This document shows positions 1-64,000 of a stretch of 64,000 nucleotides of DNA, piece by piece. The DNA is from Podarcis liolepis (lineage: Eukaryota): the NCBI GenBank assembly GCA_965112155.1, contig OZ218100.1; one strand, given 5' to 3'. The stretch's first letter is position 1. Each line of letters opens with the position of its first letter. Both the position numbers and the translations under genes were made by a program. The notes beneath the pieces are model-generated. The model saw only the letters and a program-made list of their open reading frames with translations. It did not search any database and had not been told where the DNA came from.

Positions 1-1210
1 GCTGCAACTTGTGGCCTGGGATTGATAAAATTAGACTCACTGGTGGTGAAATAGGTCAGATTGCGCAGCCCTAGTGCTGAGCACAGTTTAGGTATATGCC
101 ATGGTCAACTCAGATTTCACACTTAAGTTACATTACTTCACCCAAGGTGAGTCACAGAACAACACTTCATTTATCTACTAATTGCAACATCTGCAATGTG
201 ATGCTGTTGTTAGATAGCCATGGCCATTCTCCTGTAACACAATGAAATTTTCTAGCGTCATACAAACCAAAGGCTGATGAGTAAATTCCTCAAAGCAAAG
301 TTGCCAAACTACCAGGGTTAACTGGAGTCAATTCCTTGTAGGCCCATCCTAATGGTGTGCTTTAGCAAGGTCAACTGTGTTACAATTTGGCCAGGGAGAG
401 GAAAGTATTTTTCTTACATTTTTCTATACATTTTCCTCACTTTTAAATTTTATTCCCAGATTAAAGTACTCTAATAACAGTGTGTGTGTGTGTGTGTATT
501 TATACAGAACCACACAAATACTTTTGCATTTCTGTTTCCAAGTCAAACTATAGTCTCTGAGAGTCAAATAGAGCATTTGTCACTATACATATCTTGATTG
601 ACATGTTTTTGTTCTGTATAAGTTTTACATAATCCAGCTATCTAGTAATCTGTTTCTGCTTTCATTTTTAAAGACAAAAGCCCCCAAATATGTGGATTAC
701 TGTTTACTAGAGACCCAGAACCTGAGGAGAATTCAAGTTTGACTTGTGCACACCATATAGTATTTTACGCTTCTCTGCTTCTACTTTTTACTACTTCGTA
801 AAGCCAATTATTTCTGAGAAATATTATTCTACAAAAAAGCCTCTGCTTTCAAAGTGCATGCCTAATTTGCAGCATTTGGGTGTTTGCTATGCACAATCCT
901 AGGATGTCTTAAATAACTTGTTATACAGTGCACTGAACTTTATAGTTCCATACTAGTTACTCCTGCTTAAGTGTATATAGGATTGCAGTCTTAAGTCTTG
1001 CAGAGGTACTTGCATTTAATTATGTATCCCCACTAAATGAGCCCCTAAACACTCAGTCATCTGATAAAGGTGTTCTAAATTATCAATCATAAACAAATAC
1101 ACCAGAGTAATATCAATGAAACCTTGCAAAAACTTCCAGTTTGGGATGTGCTAGTCCTCTGATTACAAGCGCTTATTTTACTGTTAACTATGCTAAGGGT
1201 ATTTGTTTAC

Positions 1211-55867
<54,657 letters not shown>

Positions 55868-57031
55868 CTGCAAGGAAGAGCAAAAGATATGCTTGTCAGT
55901 CTTAGTTTTAAAATTCCAGCACTGGAAATATATTTTCAATTAACCTGATGGCTTTTCTCAGCAACCATCAAAGGTAGCTGCTGTCCTGGAGAACAGAAGT
56001 TGTTTTTAAAGCCAATTCCAAAACCAGTAACTAGAAAATGAACTACAGTGATGAAATGAAAAAGAACTTGCAACATTTTTTTGCTGTGGAACAACAGATC
56101 TAAGCTTTTGTTCCAAGAAGGCTGTACTTTAAGGGGAAATGGCAGAAGAGGAGGGATTTCCTCTTTGAAATAACTAAATAACTGAATCTTGAGGACTCTT
56201 CTAGTAGTGGTTCCTCATTGCAGCACTGGCAGCACATCTGGGAGCTATGGACAATTCTAATATTTTGCATTTATGGGTTCCACCTTTAAAGTGTTCTCAT
56301 ACAACAGGAAAGCATTATGCGGCTTTTATAACTTTCCGTTAACAGAGCCATTAGATTCCTGGCTGTTCACAGTATTTCGCTCCATGGTCTACCAGATTCC
56401 ACGTAATGCTTCCACATAAAATAAAGTCAAATCATTTTTTTTAAAGTCGTTCCACATCACCTCATCTACCAAAGAACCCTGTGCATTAAAGAATATTCTG
56501 GGACATGCCATAAGGTGTGCAGACAGTTCACATACAGAACTGGCCTGGCTTCCTGGGCATCATCCTTCCGATGCATGAAAAAAGAGTAAAACCTTAGAAC
56601 GAACACTCTGTGCAATTTCACATTGCAGGGAAAGATCAATGATAGAGGCAAATCACATTTCAGAAAAACTTGTCTGCCTTTGAATAACTTTCAATGAGTT
56701 TTAAAATTTACCAGAACACAGTCTGATATACCAAAATACAATTTTTTTCCCTTTCCTAGAACATTTTTGTGATTGGTTACATGCAAGTTCTCATCCTGGA
56801 GAACTGAAATGTTTCTTGGATTAGATATTTATAAATTAAACATCCTAGAACTCTGGAACCCTTTAGCCATCCTCCTCTCCTTTGGTGATCTGATAATTTA
56901 CACCATCCATACAGTGTAAATTGCAAGCAATATGTAGGAGTAATATTAAATGATAAGGAGACATATTCATCACTTTAGAGTCATGATTTGTATCCTTGCT
57001 TAAAGTTTACAACTTATTTATGAAGAGCTGC

Positions 57032-57617
57032 TGTCAGGGCTGGAGTCAAGAGCAGGTCAGAAAGTAAGAAGCAGAGTTTGTCAGTGAAGTTAACTCTTTA
57101 TTAAAAGAAACAGCATACAACTCAGCAACACTTCCCACAAGTACTGCCCCTATGGAGCAGTGGCCAGGACTGATGGTCCCTGCCTTCAACCCCCTCTAAG
57201 GCTCCTCCTCTGCCAGATGTTTCCCAAGCAGCCTCAAACTGCTGTAGGGGTACCTTTAATCTCTGTTCCGCTCTATGCATCATCCCGTGTGGCCTTGATA
57301 CAAGCAGGGAGGGGAGCTTGTTGCCATTTACAACACCTGGGAGACAGACTCCTGGGATTATTCTGCAGCCTCTGGGGCTCCCCTCCTCTGCTTCAGCCTC
57401 TGAGTCTGAACTACTCCCTGTCACAGGCTCTCCTTGCTCACTAAATCCCACTGCCTCTTCAGCATCCAATAACACCCTCCACTCTTTGCCCTCTGACCTC
57501 TTGTCAGTGTCCCACCACCAATCTCCTGGCTTTGAGTCTCCCTCCTCTGGGGTGTCCCTTGGGAGTTCCCTGGCTGGTGCCTCCCACCACTCCTCGTCAT
57601 CCCGCTAATCCCTCACA
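57032..57617 (-). mobile_element. Probable solo LTR (Gypsy-like), 586 bp, sense to MAP3K5
   Basis: Termini TGTCAGGG / CCCTCACA; degenerate 5-bp flanks gctgc / gttac; AATAAA on the minus strand at about 57096-57101; sharp composition shift from the AT-rich flanks. Confidence 0.65.
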
Positions 57618-57719
57618 GTTACATAAATTTCAGAAAGTTGAATTAAATGCAAGATTCCACATCTCAAAAGCAACAAACTAATCCAGAGGGATCTTTTATC
57701 AGAGAAAGTAACTACAGAT

Positions 57720-57963
57720 CAGAGGTAGGCAAGCTAAGGCCCGGGGGCTGCATGCAGTCCAATCGCCTTCTCAATCTGGCCTGCAGATGGTCCAGGAATC
57801 AGTGTGTTACATGAGTAGAATGTGTCCCTTTAAAAAAAAATAATAATAATATGCATCTCTGGGTATTTGTGGGGCATATTTTTTTCCAAAATATAGTCCG
57901 GCCCACCACATGGTCTGAGGGACAGTGGACTGGCCCAGAGTTGAAAAAGGTTGCTGACCCCTG
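57720..57963. mobile_element. hAT (Charlie-like) MITE
   Basis: CAGAGGTAGGCAAGCT ... AGGTTGCTGACCCCTG; flanks ctacagat / ctctagat. Confidence 0.8.
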
Positions 57964-59382
57964 CTCTAGATAGTAGTCTTCCTACTTCTGCCTCCACAGT
58001 AGTTTCTGAGTACCAGTTGTTGAAAACTGCAGGAGGAAGAGTGTTCTTATGCTTGGGTCCTGCTTCTGGGCTTCCCATGGGCATCTGGTTGGCCACTGTG
58101 AGGACAGGGTGCTGGACCAAATTGGCTACTGGCCTGATCCAGAAGGCTCTCCTTGTGTTCTTATACCATATGTATTGTATTTCTCTTTACATTATAGTAA
58201 TTACTTCTAAATCTGCATTTGCTTTTTTCGTGATACGTGTTCTCCTTTTTAGCAAGGCATAAGTGGTCTCTCTAGCTGCACTCCTATCAGTCCATCAGCT
58301 TCACCAGAAATGAATTCACAAAGAGCAACATTAGAAGTATCTTGGATTCTCTTGTGTGGCCACACTCACGTTACAGGACTGGTTGGTTTTAAAATAGTGA
58401 AAGGTGTTGTCTCTCGGTAGGCTATCTACCACAAACCTGTACTATCCATTCACATTTACTGCATAAGCCTCAGTGCCATAATTCTCCTTAGTAACATAGC
58501 TAGCTTTGTGTTATTATTAAAGCAAGCAACCTTCTGCTTCTACAGCATCATAAAAAGGCAACATAGAAGATGTGTCTTTTCTCGTGAACATGCCATCTGT
58601 CTTTCTCACCCACAACACTTCCTTCCCCTAACCATTCAGTAGATTGTGCTGATTTTTCAAAGGAAAAAAGTGGGGGAGAATCTGTAAAGAGTTTATCAGA
58701 ATCTAAAAAGCAAATGGATATTTTCAGTTGTTAAAAATAGAGTAATATTTTGTTTCCAACACTATTTCTATCTATAAAGTTAGAGACACTTCTACTGACA
58801 ATTCAAGAGTAGAAAGTAAAGTGTCATTAGTAACACTTGTTAGATTAAGTAATTATTTTTTAAAAAAACAACCCTCAAACATTTAATTGACTGAAGAGTG
58901 CACCCTAATAACCAGTTCATTTATACCTTTTTAATACCAGGGCTTATAAAAACTGCAGATGGCAAACACTAAGAGGCATCTCCCCTGTTCTCCCACATAA
59001 GATGGATCTTCTAGGAAGATTTGACACAACACATGAACACATCATTTGAAAACTATATTTCTTGCTTCTGAAATACTGTTTTTAACCATACGCAAATTTA
59101 ATTAATGGGTTAATTTTAAAAACTCATATAACCTAAACTTTATGTTCATTTGTACGCACAGCTTGTATCCACCAAGAGCCATGCATTCAGTATTGTGGGC
59201 CCAATTCTGTAGACCATCTCCCTGTTGAACTTCACATAGTGAAGTCCTATTTCATCAGGCATTTAAGTATGTTTTCTTATTTTTCTAGTTAGTTTTAACT
59301 GGTTTTATCTTTGTAGTGTCTTTTTAACCTGACTTTACACCATGCACAGACTAAAGTGTTAAGCAGTATTTAAATTGTTGTA

Positions 59383-59383
59383 A

Positions 59384-59422
<39 letters not shown>

Positions 59423-59423
59423 A
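59383..59423. repeat. (AAAT)n microsatellite, likely an L2 tail
   Basis: Directly visible. Confidence 0.9.
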
Positions 59424-59441
59424 ACTAAGGTAACAGCAAGA

Positions 59442-59532
59442 GCCTGAAATATAACAGTTGGTAGAGCATAAGACTCTTAATCTCAGATTTGTGGTTCAAA
59501 CCCCACATTGGGCAAAATATTCCTTCAATGCA
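59442..59532 (+). pseudogene. Degenerate tRNA-Lys(CTT)-derived sequence, probably a SINE head
   Basis: GGTAGAGCATAAGACTCTTAATCTCAG..GGTTCAAACCCCACATTGGGC; acceptor and D stems are mutated; followed by ATTCC..TGCA resembling the CR1 tail. Confidence 0.7.
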
Positions 59533-62465
59533 TGTTGATTATTATTATTTTCTGCTGCCTTTTGTAGCGTTCTGCTTTAAATGATGTATTTTTTCAATGT
59601 TAACCACCATAGGGTTCTGTGAGAGGAAGGGGTAGGTTATAAGAAACAAGGAGACTGGCTTCATTCTGGCTTAAGGTTTTAGTCTTTTGTATAGACACTG
59701 TGAACAATTCTATGCATCTTTACTCAGAATTAAGTTACAGTGGGCCCAGTCAAGATTATTTGTAGGTAGATGTTCATGAGATAGCAGCCCACGTCTCTTA
59801 GGAGATAACACCACAATCATGAATAATTTTGTGTTTTGTTTTTACAGCAGTCTTGTAAATAAAAACTCAGGGGAAGATCACATAAATTCCCTCAAGTTCT
59901 CTCAGATGAGAGGATGTACTTCACAGCAAAATAAATAAATAAAAGTCATTACATTATGGAACTCACTACCACAAACTGTAGGGGTACAAGACAAATTCAT
60001 GGAGGAGCAAGCTATCAATGGCTACTAGCCCTGACAGCTGTATACCACCTCCAATACTGGAGGCAGTATGCCTCTGAATGGTAGTTGTTGGGGAATACAA
60101 GTGGGGATGGGGCTGTTGCATTCATGTCCAGCTTGTGGATTTTCCCATACTGGTTGGCCACTGGTAGCCAGTGATTGGCCACTGTGAGAACAGGATGCTG
60201 GACTAGATAGGCCTTTGGTCTGAGGACTTATGTTCTTAAATATGCCTTGAATGGATTTCAGAACATAAAGCTTACAGCCCAATTCTATGCACCGATGGCC
60301 ACTGTTTTCTATCATATTATATAATATGATAAACGCTGTAGTAAGAAGGGTGAACACCCACTATGACGAACTTTGCACTTAGCTTAAATCAATACTATTA
60401 ATCACTAAGGTGAATTACCGAAGTTGAAGTGCTCTCATTGTTCTTTGCCATGTAAGCAGCCCAAGAACCAAATGATTACTTCCCATTTAACTATACACTC
60501 CTGTTTGCCTCCTAAGGGATTTCATTTAATTTCATACAGGACAAATGAACTGGATCTATAAATGAGCCAGACCAATTTCCAATTGAGCTACATCATGGAT
60601 TTTCTGGTAGTATTGATAGGACAGCTTCTCATGCTAATGCAATCAAATATTTCTCCACTTTCCCTCTAGTTGGGCTCTGTGGTGAAAGGTGATTAGCAGA
60701 ACATTAGCCCCTTGAAACTGAAAGGGGGCTAATGATGCATTTCTTTTCACTGTAGTCCTTTAGCAAACACAATAAATCTGTTACCCATTTGTGGTATACC
60801 AAGCAGATCCAACGGTTTGATAAAAGAGCAGAATAGATAGAGACAGGAAGACAAAAAGTAACAGCTGTATGTCTATTAAGTTCCATTTCCACCGACACCC
60901 ATCATTAAAACAAACAGGCACAGCTTTATCAATCATAGTGATGTCTAGAGTTGAAGCAACTACACCTGAAACAGAAAGAAATGAGATACTAAACAGCTTG
61001 CCTAATTCACTGCCTACTGGGCTCTACATACTTCACAAGGTCAAATGTGAGCAATGATTAACAAACCTAAATCTAGACCTTCACATGGCCTATCAGATAT
61101 ACTGACAATGAAAAAGATATACTTCTCAGGGGGTGGGGGTTATAAATCCCATTCCTAGAAGTTTATCTACAGAAGCGTTCAGGTTGATTTTTCTTTTAAA
61201 CAAACCGCTTATGTATAGTACAAATACTTAAGAAAGAACACTGAGAACTGTAAGGCTGGTCCACAGTATCATTGGAATTATCCAACCAGACTACAGTATC
61301 TCTTTTATTTATTAACAAATAAAACCTTTGTTATGAGGAAACTCAGCTGAGCAATACAAATAACACTAAAAACAAGAAAGCCAGTGAAATACAGACATGA
61401 GCATGAAGAAGAAATTAAAAAGGGGGAACCCACAGAGGATGCTTCACATGTTTGGCTTGGGCAATTGGCAATATAAGTGAGGTCTATTTTTGTTTAAAGC
61501 CCAATGAGAACCAGAGTTAAGAATGCTTGTAAGAAGTCTTTCAATAAGTGCCTTTGTGGTCTTTGCATCACTCTAGGAATCAGTGCTTAAAAGTTATAAG
61601 GCACTTCAGATTATATCTATGAGCACTGCAACAAGATTTAGACATGGTATTACTGGTATTCATATGATAATTGCAGCTACCACCTACTAGCTCAGGAAGT
61701 GCTGAAGTTTCTTATAAACCTAGCATGTATGTGAAATATTCATCAGGGGTAGGAAAGCAATAACAAACTGATCAAATCACACAGGAGCAGTTCCACCAGT
61801 ATGAGATTATTGCTGAAGGGTCATGGGAAGCAGAAATACCATTAAAGGTGACTGCATCACTCAGTTTGATTTGTTCTCAAAATTAAAAATCAACTTGAAT
61901 TGAAGCAACTAGCTAACAAGGCAACAGGGTATCACCATGTGAGTGTAGCTACCTGGGTCTGTTTGTCCCTGTCCAACCCCTGCATTTAGAATCCACAAAG
62001 CCCATTGGCTACCTGTTACTTTTGGGTGTTAAGAGTGCTAAGGGAGGGGCAGTTACTTCCTCTTCCTTCCCACAAAGGCAAACACAATACAGTAGCTATC
62101 TTTACTGAGAGGAGCACTCACTGGAAGCCTGCTGCCTGCTTATTGGAGCCAAACAAGTGTTCCTATGTTTCAGTTCATTAATCTTTGTTATTCAGATGAG
62201 GTAGATTTTTTTTGGGGGGGGTGTTTAGCTTTTACTGAAGGAGTTGAGTTTTCCCAAGAGAAAAAATGATTTGGGAATTTGAATGTGAGGTAAGAGTGCT
62301 ACAATTCAGTCCATCTCCAATATTTCAGACAACCATCTTGACTGTGGTTTGTCAATGGTAGAAAACAAGGTACTAACTTTGTACTTAGGTTTGTAATGTC
62401 TGGTTTCCTGTTAGTGTCTAAGGAACTCAGTGCTTTTCTAAAAGGATGGATTCCAAGGCTTGCCT

Positions 62466-62491
62466 AAATAATAATAATAATAATAATAATA

Positions 62492-62539
<48 letters not shown>

Positions 62540-62540
62540 T
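62466..62540. repeat. (AAT)n(ATT)n head-to-head microsatellite
   Basis: Directly visible. Confidence 0.95.
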
Positions 62541-63084
62541 GGCCAGTTACTGACTCACCTTTTATACATATTTCAAGGGGATTTACAAACATATAATAAA
62601 AACAATTATGATTTTTTTAAAAACAGTACAAAACACAACTATATTCAAGTTTAAAAACAACACAAAATGATCACCTAGAGACTTTTCATCCTGTTAGAAA
62701 AAATTGCTGAAACAAAAATGTCTTCAACACTGATGCACATCCTATTCTTCCTTCCTTGGGAAATGTTCTCAGTAAAACCAGACATGTAGAAGCAAGTTGA
62801 GATTTCTCCACAACACAAAGCCAGAGGCAACATTTCCAGGGCAAAATTGTTGCAGTGAAAGTAGATTCTTCCATTTTTTAATGTTATTTTCTGTGTTACG
62901 TTCCTGTACTTGTGGTGATTTTGCTCTCTTGACTTTCCAGTATGAGCTAGAAAAGTAATACTGAACTGTTTTCCAGCTACCAGATTTTTAATCAGTCATT
63001 TCTTTATCTGTCCCTTTCTTTTAAAATTAATTTGGAGTCTCAGCTACTGGCTTTTTAATTAGTCATTCCTTTCATTTGCATCTA

Positions 63085-64000
63085 TATTACTATTATTACT
63101 ACTACTACTACTATTACTGTTTATTAACTGCTCTTCACAAGCAGGTTCCAGGGAGAATTAGAACAAACTAAAATTCAGTATTAAAAACTGTTAAATTAAT
63201 CACAGGAATAGGTTGGGCCCTGAAAACACACGTCTCATGTGTCAAAGGCCAGAAGTGCATCTTCAGTATTCACAGAAAGATGAATAGTGAAGGCGCCAGT
63301 TGTGCCTCTGTGGGGAAGGATTTCACAGCTTAGGAGTCACCACAGGGAATCTCCTCTTCTGGCCCATCTCTCTCCCAACTTCTAAGGGTGATGAGACTAC
63401 CAAGAGAGTCTTCCTGCTGACTGTAACATATGAGAGGATCTATAGCAGGGGTCAGCAAACTTACCGCCAGCCCCGATCATGCGGCAAGCCAGAGGGTGGG
63501 GGAGCACGTGCCCATATGCATGCGCACACGATATTTCCGGAAATAGCTTGTGCACATGTGCACGGGCCTCCTCCAACCCGGATGTGCACCAGAAATAATG
63601 CTTGTGCATGTGCACAAGCTATTTCTGGTGCTCCTCTGACCCGGAAGTGGGCAGCCACGCAGTGCAGCGCTGGTAAAAGCGGGCGGTGGAGGTCGCCGCG
63701 GGCCAGATAAACGAGTCCCTCGGGCCTTATCCAGCCCGCGGGCCTTAGTTTGGGGACCCCTGATCCATAGGGACAAAGGCTGTCTTTCAGGTATTTGGGG
63801 CCTGAGACATTTAGACCTTTAAACACCTTAAATTGCGAGCACCTTAAATCTGGCGTGGAAGTGAACTGGCAACCAATGCAGCTGTTTTAGAACGTAGTTT
63901 ATATAAGTTCTAAAGGCTAAGAATTTCCATCAGCCCCAGTCAGTGGGGACAATGATTGGGAAAGATGGGAAATGCAGTTCACAAGACCTGGAAGGCACCA
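63085..64000 (-). mobile_element. Old L2 LINE 3' portion, interrupted by a hAT MITE
   Basis: Minus strand reads LHWLPV-like sequence near 63860-63880 and FKGLNVSGPKYLKDSLCPY (compare FKALYGLGPSYLRDRL); (TAT/TAC)n tail at about 63085-63120. Confidence 0.7.
63446..63762. mobile_element. hAT-type MITE, 317 bp
   Basis: CAGGGGTCAGCAAACT ... AGTTTGGGGACCCCTG; 8-bp flanks atctatag / atccatag. Confidence 0.85.

Noticed and set aside
1-1200. MAP3K5 exon 24
   Set aside because: No sequence encoding the expected GAEEPKLKWEH-like peptide was found; the exon is presumably beyond the window start.
59442-59514. Functional tRNA-Lys gene
   Set aside because: Acceptor and D stems are disrupted and no Pol III T-run terminator follows; it looks like a SINE head or pseudogene.
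62686-62874. Possible ancient hAT transposase C-terminal remnant
   Set aside because: Only a vague resemblance to the dimerisation domain; the conserved WW and ERxFS motifs are missing, and no TIRs were found.

Overview
Vertebrate genomic DNA, almost certainly a squamate reptile and probably a lacertid lizard (inferred from two Sauria SINEs and several Squam3-type SINEs). The whole window lies inside MAP3K5 (ASK1) on the minus strand. 22 consecutive coding exons (exons 2-23 by human numbering, recalled from memory) run from 55867 down to 1211. All introns are GT-AG with consistent phases, and the exons join into 2777 nt of open frame covering the thioredoxin-binding region, central regulatory region, PH-like domain, complete kinase domain and 14-3-3 site. 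Exon 1 and exons 24 onward lie outside the window. The introns are dense with transposons: L2, CR1, a probable L1 fragment, SINEs, two solo LTRs, and Tc2-, Tigger- and hAT-type MITEs, often nested. No new protein-coding system could be supported. The most unusual structure is a GC-rich 89-bp-period array (about 9925-10790) inside a Tc2-type MITE. It is built from alternating inverted arms whose two spacer cassettes occur in both orientations. Also notable are a hAT element with HSE-like palindrome arrays, a NAGNAG acceptor beside the 14-3-3 site, and a sense-oriented solo LTR just upstream of exon 2.
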